Shown in pieces: positions 1 to 9,623 of a stretch of 49,744 bases of DNA (its first letter is position 1; each line of letters opens with the position of its first letter). A program made the translations under genes and the position numbers. The stretch is taken from positions 1 through 49,744 of the IMG/VR virus record IMGVR_UViG_3300032212_000019, one strand, 5' to 3'. Below the pieces are notes generated by a model. That model did no database searches. It was given only the letters and a program-made list of their open reading frames with translations, and had not been told where the DNA came from. This DNA comes from a virus (Duplodnaviria; Caudoviricetes).

Positions 1-127
1 TAAATTTTCCGCAAAATCAATCGTGCCATTCTCGTAATAACATTCAATCATTACTGATGAAGGTGCTTTCTTGCCTTGCCCATCAACAGGGAACTGGACA
101 AATCCGTGAGTATTACTCATATTTAAC
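1..127. repeat. Terminal direct repeat (circular assembly overlap), copy 1
   Basis: Bases 1-127 are identical to 49618-49744; 127 is a common assembler k-mer length; the repeat lies inside the start of ORF 47821..49737. Confidence 0.95.
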
Positions 128-395
128 CTCTATCTACTGCTGCTGGGCTAGGATTGTAACTTACACGGAACTCCTGAAAACAAGTATCCATATCCATATT
201 AGCTTTTTCTAATGCTGTGATACGGGTATCTCGGTCAATGATAGCAAGGCGTAATTCCTTAACAAGGTTCTCAGCTGCAACTGCCCTGCTTTCTGCTGCT
301 ATCTGTAGGTTTTGACATTCGCCAAGTGCTGCTGCTAATTCTGCTGATTCGTCCATTCTAATTCTCCTAAGCTGGGTCGTATTCGTTTCTGTCAA
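123..395 (-). CDS. Small coiled-coil hypothetical protein (true start probably the downstream MDESAE ATG)
   Basis: Heptad-like helix; sits between the 524-aa gene and the 638-aa gene across the junction; AGGAG precedes the MDES ATG. Confidence 0.6.
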   Translation of the reverse strand: MTETNTTQLRRIRMDESAELAAALGECQNLQIAAESRAVAAENLVKELRLAIIDRDTRITALEKANMDMDTCFQEFRVSYNPSPAAVDRG

Positions 396-1941
396 TTCGT
401 TGTGCTATAGATATATCTGCGTTTTGAGATGGTACTGTTTGATTCCTTCTGTCAATTATTTCATATCCCGCCGATACTATTTTGTAGTAGTACCCTGTTG
501 TAGCAGGTGCAGACCATGTAAAACTTCTGTCGTCTGCTGTACCTGCTGTAGCAACCTCTATTCCGTCAATGATGCTATTATCCGAAGTTTTGTAAATACG
601 AACCTCGGTATTGTCCTTTAGACCAGAAAATGTGACTGACACATCGGCTGATACAGTAACCGTACAACCAGCAGTCCTCACATGGCTATCTGCTGTAACT
701 CCGCTACCGCCAGATATATTTATGGTCATAGAGCCAGTGGCAATATTAACATAAATAGCTTTATCTGCATCAGTAGTCAGGGAATATCCAGTAAAGTCTA
801 TATCAGTTAAGGTGATATTTGCAGCAGTACCGCCTATCTCTAAGCCATTACCTGTGCCATCACTTGTGAAAGAGCTTCCAGATATATTTGCCGCCTCAGC
901 AGGACTCGCTGCTAGAACTGGAGAAGTACAGTTATCAAATGATGTGCCTGTCACTGTACTGCCTGCAACGGCAATCTGCCCGCAAGTTAGGAATGTACAA
1001 CCTGCTACAGTCGTGTTTGAGTCAAATGTAAAATCACCCCATCCAATGAAACTGGTTGTTGTTAGATTTACAGTGGCATTATCTGTTGTTACCCAAGTAC
1101 CGGGGCTTTTAGTTCCTAATGCTTTCCATGATATGTTGGTCATGTCTACGGTAGAAGATGCGTTTTGAATCTCAACCGTATTAAATGGCGCAGTTACGGC
1201 AGGATGGTCGCGCCAGAATAGAGTCTTATTAGAGTCTGTGAAGTTTACAACATTGGTGCTGCTACCTAATTGGTGTAATCCAGATAAGAAGTACGAGCCA
1301 TTAACAAGCTGAATAAGCCCCCACCTGTCTGTTACGTCGCCTCGATTGGTTACTGCAAGGTCGAAAGATGCGTCAGCGTCACCGCCTGTGCCTAGCTCGT
1401 AGATCATATCGCAACGCCCTACGCGAATAGCATCCAGCGCGTTAGGTGCGCCTTTAGTCGGGCCGCCTGATGGCAGGTCAAACATAACACCTACATGATC
1501 TTCTACTGCGGATGGGCTACCAGTATCTGCTTCATCGGTAGATTCTGACGGATTGACCGCCGCAAATACCCATCCCATAAACTCAATAGAATCTGAGCCG
1601 CCCACATACCAATGCTTGTACGCATTAGTGCCTGAGCCAATCACCATGTCGATGCCGCCATTAGCCTGTATGTCCAGCGAATTAGGCGTGGCATGGGTAC
1701 ACCACATAACAAATGCACCATCTGTACCGACCAATGATGCTCTGTCAGATATACAATCGTAGATTATTCCCTTCTTGGCAGAGGCAAAGGCATTTTTACT
1801 AATCATGCCCGTACCTTGAATAAAGTAATCAGTCTCGTCATTTAAGCCTGACGCACCACCACCCAAAGCAGCGGCATTGGCTTTATCGCCAGCCCCTACC
1901 ATAAGATCGGTCATGTTCGTACTATAGGTACTAGCCGCCAT
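367..1941 (-). CDS. Putative virion appendage protein with beta-helix-like central region
   Basis: G/T/S/D-rich; repeated 'xFxxC/xFTx' beta-helix-like rungs; lies in the structural operon. Confidence 0.6.
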   Translation of the reverse strand: MAASTYSTNMTDLMVGAGDKANAAALGGGASGLNDETDYFIQGTGMISKNAFASAKKGIIYDCISDRASLVGTDGAFVMWCTHATPNSLDIQANGGIDMVIGSGTNAYKHWYVGGSDSIEFMGWVFAAVNPSESTDEADTGSPSAVEDHVGVMFDLPSGGPTKGAPNALDAIRVGRCDMIYELGTGGDADASFDLAVTNRGDVTDRWGLIQLVNGSYFLSGLHQLGSSTNVVNFTDSNKTLFWRDHPAVTAPFNTVEIQNASSTVDMTNISWKALGTKSPGTWVTTDNATVNLTTTSFIGWGDFTFDSNTTVAGCTFLTCGQIAVAGSTVTGTSFDNCTSPVLAASPAEAANISGSSFTSDGTGNGLEIGGTAANITLTDIDFTGYSLTTDADKAIYVNIATGSMTINISGGSGVTADSHVRTAGCTVTVSADVSVTFSGLKDNTEVRIYKTSDNSIIDGIEVATAGTADDRSFTWSAPATTGYYYKIVSAGYEIIDRRNQTVPSQNADISIAQRIDRNEYDPA

Positions 1942-2110
1942 TTAAACTATCAATTTCCTGTTGATTTAAGTTGGTGAAATTTCCTTCCGCTCCACTTTCC
2001 AGCAGCCGAGTCCCACCACAGATGCAGATTACGCTCTGGTCAGGTTCATCATTATCCCCAAACCAGAGCAAATCTAAACACTCTGCACACTTAGTATGCA
2101 GCCGAGCCAT
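1931..2110 (-). CDS. 59-aa Cys-rich protein (CxxC...CxC), not in ORF track
   Basis: MARLHTKCAECLDLLWFG...VICICGG; TAATG coupling to the 818-aa gene; fills the gap to the next gene. Confidence 0.7.
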   Translation of the reverse strand: MARLHTKCAECLDLLWFGDNDEPDQSVICICGGTRLLESGAEGNFTNLNQQEIDSLNGG

Positions 2111-4566
2111 TAAGCAAGGTCAACCGCGTTACGCTCTACAGCAGCAGTAATTGAGAATGAAAGCGATGTAGATTCTGTGATCTGCAATCCTTTCACTACC
2201 GCTGTTTGTGCATCCTCAAACCCTGACGCAATTAGCACTACGTCTGCCGCTGATGCAGTAGTTCGACCTTCCTGAGCGTTACCGTTCCAGTCAAAGTCGA
2301 AACCGATAGGCGTGGACGTTACGTTGCCAACAATAGGCGAGCCGCTGTTATCGTTCACAATAGTTGCTTGTGGCGATGGGTATGGATGCTCGTCAACTGT
2401 AGGGCTTTGTGAAGTTTCTGCCGTACCAACTGCCGTGCCATCAACCTTACGCACGGTGTAATCAGAGCCAGAAGTATTAACCGCTTCAACAACAAACAGT
2501 CCGTTATTCGCTGATTCGGCAAATGAGCCAATACGCAAATAATCACCAACCGCATAAACGTCCAGAGGTGTACCTTCTAGGTCATAAGTAGAGCCAGTAT
2601 TGCCGACTGTACTAATATCACTTGAACCTGTTACCCGTGATGTGCGGTCAAAGTATAACCAGTATTCACCAGCAGCATCATCGACAAGTGTTTGCGAGAA
2701 GTTTAAGTTACCAGCAGATACAAATGGGTATTGACGCTCTGTACCACCGTTATCAACCGCACGGTAGTTAGGACGCTCTGCCGCTGAGAAACCTTCGACA
2801 ATTACACCAGTATCAGTAGGACTGTTTGGGTTAGCAGGTGTGAACGCACCAGATTTGAAGGTTGGGCCAACGAAGCTGGTAAGTCTATCGCCAATGTTAC
2901 CTACAACCACATTTGCCGTTTCATCAATATCTGATGCTTGGCGAAGTTGGTACTGAGCTTTTTCGTGAATCTCAGCGAGTGTAGCGGTCTTAGGTGTCGC
3001 TCTGTCCATTGTGAATGACAGGCTTGTTTCTGAGTTAGTCAAGGCACTTGTAAGCACAATGGTTAGCGTACCAGCAGCATCAGTAGGTGTACCAGAAATA
3101 GTATGAGTATCCCTATCGCCACCAGTAGCATCGTGAATTGTTAAAGTACCGCCAGCGTAATCGGCTAACGCTTCACCAGAACCTAGATTTAAACTGGCTG
3201 ACGTAAAGGTAGTTGTGCCATTAGATACGCCATTAGCTTGTGAATAAGTACCCACATCAATAACAATACCGAAGTCACGTAGCGTTGTTGATTCTACTTC
3301 ACGGTTATAAGTTTCCGACAAGTAACGAACTCGTACTTCATCCCACGGATCGCCAGTAACAGGATCAGCTTTTGTAATATCAAGGTCGGTGCTATTAGAT
3401 AGCGGGAACTTAATAATTTTAGACGTGATGGCTGTTTCACCAGCAGATACTAGGTTAGCCTGATCGTACAATTTACCTTGTTCTCGCAAGAACAGCGTTA
3501 CTGCATTGGCGTTACTGTATGCAGCGGTCATTGTTGTATCAGCCGCGTTGTTAGTCCACGGTGTACCAGTGGTTGTAATAACGGTAGCCGATAAAGTATC
3601 AATGACAATCTCGCCGCTTGTAGCGAAGTTATTGCCTGCATCTTCTGCGTTGCTAATCTCAATAGTACCGCCGACCACATAGCCTTCTGTAATCCAACTG
3701 CCACCATCGTTACGAGTCAGGGTGTTGTTGGTAGTAAACGCAAAACCTGAGCCAGCATCAGCAGCAGTCACGTTGTCTGAGTACAATACAGCTTCGTTCA
3801 CCTTATCAGGGTAAATAAAGTTTGTACCCGCGCTGGTATCGGTAGCATCTGAACCGAAACGTAAGTACGCTTGGTCAGCCGCGTTATCGAAGTCACCCAA
3901 AGTTGTTGCGTTAAAATATTTCTTCTGAGTTACACCGCTTGAGTCAATTTCATCCCAGCCCGCGTTTCGGATTAAACGGCGAGTGTTCAGGTTATAAGTA
4001 GCATCATCTTCCGCTGGCTTCCAGCCTGAGCTATTACCAGAAGGATCTTGCCCGAAAATCCACTGACCAGCCGCGAATGAGATACCAACCATTGGGAACT
4101 CAGCAGAGTCCAATAGGTATTGGTCATCATTCCAACGCGCCTTCATGTGTGAGTGAAGTGCTAACTGTGTGATACCATCAGCAGATAAGTTGCCTTGCTC
4201 GATCAGGTAAAATGTTTTTGTGAAAACATCATAGTGAACTGACTTCTCTGTAGTTAGTCCGGTAGAGCCAAACACTGATGTTGATTCTGCTGCTAAGTTT
4301 ACTGGGTCAGTACCTACCACTTTCTCACAAGTAATGGCAGAAGTAGTTGGCGAACCGCCTGTCTCAATATACAGTCCGTTATTACCTGTAGTAGATGAGT
4401 CTCGAATCTCGAACACTTCGCCTGCTGCGATTGCTGGTAAGGTTGCCGAACCAGTCAAGACGGTGCGGTTACTTGCACCTGTGCCTGATAAGGTAAACGC
4501 TAGATCAGCTACCACATTTTCTTCGCCTTGATTTAGGTCATCAGGCCCGTCTGTAATTAATGCCAT
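2110..4566 (-). CDS. Large putative virion structural/appendage protein (818 aa)
   Basis: T/G/S/D-rich beta protein with three repeated 'G..I.I.....N(N)G' units; GGAG RBS. Confidence 0.65.
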   Translation of the reverse strand: MALITDGPDDLNQGEENVVADLAFTLSGTGASNRTVLTGSATLPAIAAGEVFEIRDSSTTGNNGLYIETGGSPTTSAITCEKVVGTDPVNLAAESTSVFGSTGLTTEKSVHYDVFTKTFYLIEQGNLSADGITQLALHSHMKARWNDDQYLLDSAEFPMVGISFAAGQWIFGQDPSGNSSGWKPAEDDATYNLNTRRLIRNAGWDEIDSSGVTQKKYFNATTLGDFDNAADQAYLRFGSDATDTSAGTNFIYPDKVNEAVLYSDNVTAADAGSGFAFTTNNTLTRNDGGSWITEGYVVGGTIEISNAEDAGNNFATSGEIVIDTLSATVITTTGTPWTNNAADTTMTAAYSNANAVTLFLREQGKLYDQANLVSAGETAITSKIIKFPLSNSTDLDITKADPVTGDPWDEVRVRYLSETYNREVESTTLRDFGIVIDVGTYSQANGVSNGTTTFTSASLNLGSGEALADYAGGTLTIHDATGGDRDTHTISGTPTDAAGTLTIVLTSALTNSETSLSFTMDRATPKTATLAEIHEKAQYQLRQASDIDETANVVVGNIGDRLTSFVGPTFKSGAFTPANPNSPTDTGVIVEGFSAAERPNYRAVDNGGTERQYPFVSAGNLNFSQTLVDDAAGEYWLYFDRTSRVTGSSDISTVGNTGSTYDLEGTPLDVYAVGDYLRIGSFAESANNGLFVVEAVNTSGSDYTVRKVDGTAVGTAETSQSPTVDEHPYPSPQATIVNDNSGSPIVGNVTSTPIGFDFDWNGNAQEGRTTASAADVVLIASGFEDAQTAVVKGLQITESTSLSFSITAAVERNAVDLA

Positions 4567-4569
4567 TGT

Positions 4570-5046
4570 TTATTCTCCTAAATTAGCAATGTAAGATTTT
4601 AGTTTACTTTCTTTTGATTTGATAGCTTCACTTCGCTCTTTCAAATCAACTTCAAGTCTATCTAAGGACTCTTCTTTGCTATTTAAAGATGCTTGAGTAC
4701 GGGCTTGTATGCTTCCTACCTTACCTAACTCTGCTTCTAGTGCCTTCAAGTCAGCACTTTTCTCTGCTAAACTTGTTTGTTTATCACTTAATTCCTGTGA
4801 CTTGGCTTCATTTGATTTACGTATAGATTCAAGTTTAGCAAGAGCAGGTGCATATTCTCGCTTCTCTGCTTCAAAAGCCTCCCGTTCACTTGAACAAATA
4901 CCCTGTTGTGTTGCTACTAATTGCAAGGCTGCTTTTGCTTTATCACGAGCGTCTGTCAGTTCTTGCAATCTTGCTTCGTACTTATCACGGTCATTAAGGA
5001 AGTTAATGAAGGCGATAAATGATTCTTCCTGTTTCATATCATTCAC
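4570..5046 (-). CDS. Coiled-coil hypothetical protein
   Basis: E/K/L/A heptads over most of its length; GTGA overlap with the upstream gene. Confidence 0.7.
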   Translation of the reverse strand: MNDMKQEESFIAFINFLNDRDKYEARLQELTDARDKAKAALQLVATQQGICSSEREAFEAEKREYAPALAKLESIRKSNEAKSQELSDKQTSLAEKSADLKALEAELGKVGSIQARTQASLNSKEESLDRLEVDLKERSEAIKSKESKLKSYIANLGE

Positions 5047-5243
5047 CCGTAAGTGTAAGTTGTTCGATCATCCCAAATACCGCCCTTCTTATCTTTAGCG
5101 TTTATAGGTGATTCGATGTCCGTGTCGTCACCGGAAGTTGTGATACGTAGTATTTGCCATACAGCATCTGACGTATTACTTCCTCCTGATGTTGACCCGA
5201 TATAGGTTAGAGTAGTAGATACCTTGTCAATTTTAACTGGCAT
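5043..5243 (-). CDS. Small putative structural protein
   Basis: 'YIG.......WQI.RI...WDDR..Y.Y' pattern seen in phage virion small proteins; TAATG coupling. Confidence 0.65.
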   Translation of the reverse strand: MPVKIDKVSTTLTYIGSTSGGSNTSDAVWQILRITTSGDDTDIESPINAKDKKGGIWDDRTTYTYG

Positions 5244-5866
5244 TAGTTAGCCTGAGTAATCTCAACAATTGCTTCTGCACCGTTCGTGTAAGAGTTGCTA
5301 ATAATCCGTACAGACTTCATAGGCCAGTCGCTTAATGAGCCATGTGCGTCTGCTGTGACAGCTGCAAGTGTATCATCATCAACCCAGCCTAGACTTTCTT
5401 GGTCTGAGGTTATAGTGAATGGATTATCGTTAGCAAGTTGCACATCTAAACTACAGGTACCAGTAACATTCAACGACACCATTGGTGCAGTCTCCCGATA
5501 CCAGTCCATTACTTTAGTACACGTAGCAAACTCATCTACCCAACCAATGTCAAATGTATCTGCACCGATTGTTGCTGATGGGGTTATACTCGTTAATGTC
5601 TTAAAGTACTTAGTTGATTGAACGGTAGCTGATCCTGCTGGACCTGCAATAGTCTCTATTTGTACACGGTCATCTGCATCTGTACCCACTAAGTCAATAG
5701 TCTTTAGTGAGTGGTCAGTTGCTGTGTCGTTTAATACAGAGACTTTATGTGCTAATGAATCACCAACAATAGTATTTGTTAGTGTAAATGTAGCACCCGT
5801 TACGTTAGATGCGAAGCCAGTTAGGTTAGCGTCTGCTGGGTCTATAGCTATAAGTATTGGTCGCAT
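5243..5866 (-). CDS. Putative virion structural protein
   Basis: Beta-rich 207 aa directly downstream of the capsid genes; AGGAG RBS. Confidence 0.65.
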   Translation of the reverse strand: MRPILIAIDPADANLTGFASNVTGATFTLTNTIVGDSLAHKVSVLNDTATDHSLKTIDLVGTDADDRVQIETIAGPAGSATVQSTKYFKTLTSITPSATIGADTFDIGWVDEFATCTKVMDWYRETAPMVSLNVTGTCSLDVQLANDNPFTITSDQESLGWVDDDTLAAVTADAHGSLSDWPMKSVRIISNSYTNGAEAIVEITQAN

Positions 5867-5891
5867 TATATTCTCCTATAATCTATCGTTA

Positions 5892-6185
5892 TTAAGAGGC
5901 AATAATACCGTGTGTGCGGAGTTTAGCTAAAAGGGAATTAACCTTCGCTGTTAAATCAGCTACGGATTGACCTAGTTCGGCTACAGTAGGAACATCACCG
6001 TCTGCAATAGTGGCTGAATCACCAGCTGTTGGTTCGTTAGCTGTCCAAGTAATTGCGTAGTCAGCTTCGGCAGCTGCCTGTGAACCGATTGCTTGAACAC
6101 CATTGATTTTTAATGTAGCAGTATCAAGACCGCTAAAATGTGTATCTGCCATGTTATTTACTCCTAGCCCGACAAAGGCTGTCAA
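5892..6185 (-). CDS. Putative head fibre/decoration protein (true start likely MADTHFSG)
   Basis: C-terminal 'L.AKVN.LLAKLR..GII' typical of head-fibre proteins; follows MCP. Confidence 0.55.
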   Translation of the reverse strand: MTAFVGLGVNNMADTHFSGLDTATLKINGVQAIGSQAAAEADYAITWTANEPTAGDSATIADGDVPTVAELGQSVADLTAKVNSLLAKLRTHGIIAS

Positions 6186-6212
6186 CTCTCCCGTGTGGGG
6201 AGATATATAGTT

Positions 6213-6245
6213 AAGAAAAGCTCCACCCCCTTACGGGGGCTTCGC
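6213..6245 (-). terminator. Putative rho-independent terminator after MCP
   Basis: Minus-strand CCCCC-GTAA-GGGGG hairpin with extended AGC/GCT pairing, followed by TTTTCTT. Confidence 0.55.
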
Positions 6246-6254
6246 TAAAATGGT

Positions 6255-7157
6255 CTAAGCTGGGCTTGAACCAAAGATACCACGAGGATCAGTCCAACCG
6301 AAGCTGTAACGACCTGTAGCTTTGTACTTAAGGTTATCTGAATCAAACTCGTTATCATCAGAGAAAGAATCACCCTTACGTTCAAAATGCTTCATACCAT
6401 CAGGGCAATTAGTTCGGATGAACCAGTTGTTTGCATCTGAAAGGTAGTGGTTCATCTTGACACCTTGTGGGAATTTACCATTCAACACAGCCTTATCATT
6501 ATCAGCAGTCCCCGGACGCATAGTACTGTTCAGGATACGATCAGCATTGAACTGCTGCTCTACTGGGATAACTAAACACTGTGGTTGAATAGCAATCTTC
6601 AAACCGCGGTCATTCTCAAGTTTACCAATGTCAATCAAAGCCTGTTCTAAAGAGGCTTCTGAAAGGTCAGCAGCAGTTGTTAAACGGTTACTGTAAGTAC
6701 CACCAGATACATTTGCATGTGATGTGCTTAACATAGTTGAACCATCACCGCCAACATAACCAGCTGTTTCAGCACGGTTGTATACATTTGCTGCAACAAT
6801 TTCCTTTGTTTGACGCATTGAGAAGGCTAGTGCTTGAGCACGTTTCTTACCAATAACATCGTACAAGTCATCTTCAATCATTTCATCAGTAATGACAAAG
6901 CCAAGACCATATGAAACGTGTTGGTAACGAGTAAGGAAACCTTGTTTAGCATCATCATATGCTACAGCACCACCTTCCGGTTTAACTGCGGCAAGACCAA
7001 ACATACTTGTACCCATGTCTTCTTCAAAAGCCTTACGAGAAGAGCTTGTATCAAAAAGACCCGTGTACTCCTCAGCATGTTTGTTGTATGCTTCACCGTA
7101 CCATGAGTTGACACCAACCTGTAGTGCCTTTGCGAAATTACTACTATTAATAGGCAT
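6255..7157 (-). CDS. Major capsid protein
   Basis: 300 aa; 'K.EG....YD', 'LGF.IT.EMIEDDLY', 'RYSFGWTDPRG' motifs of Mu gpT-like/HK97-fold capsids; position after scaffold. Confidence 0.88.
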   Translation of the reverse strand: MPINSSNFAKALQVGVNSWYGEAYNKHAEEYTGLFDTSSSRKAFEEDMGTSMFGLAAVKPEGGAVAYDDAKQGFLTRYQHVSYGLGFVITDEMIEDDLYDVIGKKRAQALAFSMRQTKEIVAANVYNRAETAGYVGGDGSTMLSTSHANVSGGTYSNRLTTAADLSEASLEQALIDIGKLENDRGLKIAIQPQCLVIPVEQQFNADRILNSTMRPGTADNDKAVLNGKFPQGVKMNHYLSDANNWFIRTNCPDGMKHFERKGDSFSDDNEFDSDNLKYKATGRYSFGWTDPRGIFGSSPA

Positions 7158-7169
7158 TATCTATTCTCC

Positions 7170-7730
7170 TTAGTCAAATGCTGTTTCTGTTTGAGTTACT
7201 TGTACCCAGTAACGAGTATTAGCTAAAGAGCTATCGTTATCTACGTAGTCAGGAATCTCAACAACAACGAAGTCAGAGTTTGTATTAGAACCAACTTCTT
7301 GAAGTGAAAGACCAGTTGTAGCTGAACCAGCTGTGGCAACTAAGTCACATGGGTCGCCAACAACTAGGTCAAGGTCAGCATCAGATTGAACTTCAAACAC
7401 TGTATCACGAGCAGGTACGTAGAAAACTACGTAGTCTGTATGTACAGATGCAGAGTCATCGTAATAGATTTTGTTAAGGTTTTCAGGATCGACTGCTGAA
7501 CCGATAGAACCAGTCATTTCATCAATCTTACCGAAACCAACAGCAACACCTAAAATAGCAGCGTCGTTTGTAGCAGCAACAGCCGCAAGTCCTGACTCAA
7601 GGTTTAGCAAGTCACCAACAAAGATGTCGGCTCCGTCAGCTACACCGATTGCTCGGACTTGGCCTGTTACAGAAGCACCAGAAGTGTGCTTAATTGGCGT
7701 GAAACCGCGAGGGCGATCTGGATTTGCCAT
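7170..7730 (-). CDS. Putative capsid decoration/cement protein
   Basis: 'MAN.D.P.GF.P', 'IFVGDL', 'ILGV.VG', 'FEVQ.D' motifs; directly upstream of MCP. Confidence 0.6.
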   Translation of the reverse strand: MANPDRPRGFTPIKHTSGASVTGQVRAIGVADGADIFVGDLLNLESGLAAVAATNDAAILGVAVGFGKIDEMTGSIGSAVDPENLNKIYYDDSASVHTDYVVFYVPARDTVFEVQSDADLDLVVGDPCDLVATAGSATTGLSLQEVGSNTNSDFVVVEIPDYVDNDSSLANTRYWVQVTQTETAFD

Positions 7731-7782
7731 ATTTATATCTCCAATATAAGTTTAATTAACCTTAGTAGTGGAGATACTATTA

Positions 7783-8190
7783 TCATGAGATTTTAACTTC
7801 ACCATAAGTACCATCGTTACCACTATTAAGAGTTCGTTTCATATCAGACTCACTCTCATCAATAGCTCGATTTGCAGCAGCACGATCCTCATTGTAGAGC
7901 TCCTTAGAGATTCTCATAAGGTAAGCAGTTGTTCCACTTCCAACACCCTTGGATACCATTGAAGATATATCACTAGAGCTGTCGATGGAAATATCACCAA
8001 CTGCTAAATCGTCTTGTACAAACTCGTAACCACCAGCGAGAAATTGGTCGATACGTCCTTGCGTGTCATTTACCCAACGATAAACAAACGCATTATCTTT
8101 ATCAGCAACAGTCATCACATCGCGTCGGCCACTTACTGGGACTCTATTAGGACGATTGTTACCACGATTTTTAGCTTTACTATTCGCCAT
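7783..8190 (-). CDS. Conserved phage head-region protein
   Basis: 'YRWVND..GRI......GYEFV...YLMRI' motif; between scaffold and capsid genes. Confidence 0.65.
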   Translation of the reverse strand: MANSKAKNRGNNRPNRVPVSGRRDVMTVADKDNAFVYRWVNDTQGRIDQFLAGGYEFVQDDLAVGDISIDSSSDISSMVSKGVGSGTTAYLMRISKELYNEDRAAANRAIDESESDMKRTLNSGNDGTYGEVKIS

Positions 8191-8243
8191 TTCTACTTTC
8201 CTCTTTAATTGTGTCTGTCTTTACAGATGATACTTCTACTAAG

Positions 8244-9074
8244 TTATTTGCCATTACGGTCAAAATAATCCTTTACGAACTCTTCCTCAGTGATCTTACT
8301 CGTACGAAGAATAGTCTTCATTACTGATCGTGCTTCTGAGGGTAAGTCCTTTGCAGTAAATTTAGTCTTACTCTTAGCTTGCCTTGGAGCGGCCCCACCT
8401 TCTACAGCAGCTGGCTTCTTACGGCTAGTATTAGTAAACTTATCTGAATAACTGCGTTTAATATGTTTAGAAACTGCTGCGTATACTTCTTCTCGGCTCT
8501 TCTCTGGGTGTTTAGTCCAGTAGATTTCACCATAGATGTCTGCATCATCGCGTAGTTCCTGATCGTCATTATACCAAGAGTTATCTGCTATCCATGTCTC
8601 GAAATCTTCATTAGATTGCTTCTCTTGTTTAATCTCTTCCTTGGCCTTTTCTCGTTCATCGGCCAGTTGTTCCTCGATCTCAACAACTTTATGATTATCG
8701 CCATCATCCATTGCTTCGACTTTCTGTCGTTTTAAATCTTCTATAACTTTCTTCCGTTCATCTGCTCTTATATCTTCTTGGTATTTATTGATGTTTTCAA
8801 TATCACCTTGAAGACGTTTATTCTGTCGCTTAAGAGAATGAATATCATCGTAAAGTCCTTGTCGGTCTAGGAACTCCTCGGCACTTAAGTTTTTCTTACC
8901 TTCGACACCCTCTGGTGACCAACCCTTATCGATAGCACTTAGTTCTTCTTCCGTGTATTCAGGGGCTTCTTCTACTACTTCTACTGCTTCAACATCACCT
9001 TTATCTTCGGCTAGTGCTGCTTCAAAGTCTTCTTTAGTAGGTACTGCTACTTCTTCTTCGGCTGCTTCGGCCAT
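8244..9074 (-). CDS. Putative capsid scaffolding protein
   Basis: Acidic coiled-coil, 'GW.P', 'W...N.WY' motifs, basic C-terminus; between portal and MCP. Confidence 0.7.
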   Translation of the reverse strand: MAEAAEEEVAVPTKEDFEAALAEDKGDVEAVEVVEEAPEYTEEELSAIDKGWSPEGVEGKKNLSAEEFLDRQGLYDDIHSLKRQNKRLQGDIENINKYQEDIRADERKKVIEDLKRQKVEAMDDGDNHKVVEIEEQLADEREKAKEEIKQEKQSNEDFETWIADNSWYNDDQELRDDADIYGEIYWTKHPEKSREEVYAAVSKHIKRSYSDKFTNTSRKKPAAVEGGAAPRQAKSKTKFTAKDLPSEARSVMKTILRTSKITEEEFVKDYFDRNGK

Positions 9075-9397
9075 TATACTTTCTCCTTAGTATGCACTAT
9101 TGCAATTACATCTTCATCATTACAAACGATATATGAGTCATCACCATCTTCGACAACTTTACCAGAGTACTTAGCATAGTAAACGGTATCGCCAACTTGA
9201 GCCCAAGGATTACCTTCATCAAATCCTAGCCAAGCATTAGGGCCTACACCCTCAATAACACCGATAACTGTTGCTGCTCTATCTCGTTTCCAATCATCAC
9301 CAACGTCTAACTTAAAACCTTTTAAGGCCCCATCTTCTACTTCTTCTTCAAAGTGTTGTGGCCTAATCAGGACTCTATGTCCTACTACTTCAATCAT
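9074..9397 (-). CDS. groES: GroES/Cpn10-like co-chaperonin
   Basis: 'GHRVLIRP', 'G.I..VGP', 'VGDTVYYAKYSG', 'NDEDVIA' match the Cpn10 signature. Confidence 0.85.
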   Translation of the reverse strand: MIEVVGHRVLIRPQHFEEEVEDGALKGFKLDVGDDWKRDRAATVIGVIEGVGPNAWLGFDEGNPWAQVGDTVYYAKYSGKVVEDGDDSYIVCNDEDVIAIVHTKEKV

Positions 9398-9623
9398 ATA
9401 AATCTCCCTCTTGCGGGTCTTCGTACTCGGTATCTAACAGGTCATCTATCCCTTCAATCATTCCTTCGCATCGCATTGCCATATTAAACTCTGAGGCTCT
9501 TACGTACCCTCTAAGGGCATCAATGTAATCTTGTTTACGTTGCTCTAGGTTTTTAAAGATAAACTCTGTTACGTTGTTACTTCTCCACTGTTGGTATTCT
9601 TCCCTTGTTATTTCCACTCGCAC
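9390..9623 (-). CDS. Hypothetical protein downstream of portal
   Basis: Helical ~75 aa, 'QQWRSN.VT'; overlaps the portal end and the groES start. Confidence 0.6.
   Translation of the reverse strand: MRVEITREEYQQWRSNNVTEFIFKNLEQRKQDYIDALRGYVRASEFNMAMRCEGMIEGIDDLLDTEYEDPQEGDLYD

Noticed and set aside
1-127. 127-bp end repeat as the biological terminal repeat
   Set aside because: It falls inside a coding region and equals a typical assembler k-mer; most likely a circularisation artefact
6186-6260. Programmed frameshift or read-through extending MCP
   Set aside because: No clear slippery heptamer at the MCP end; a terminator-like hairpin follows and the next gene has its own RBS
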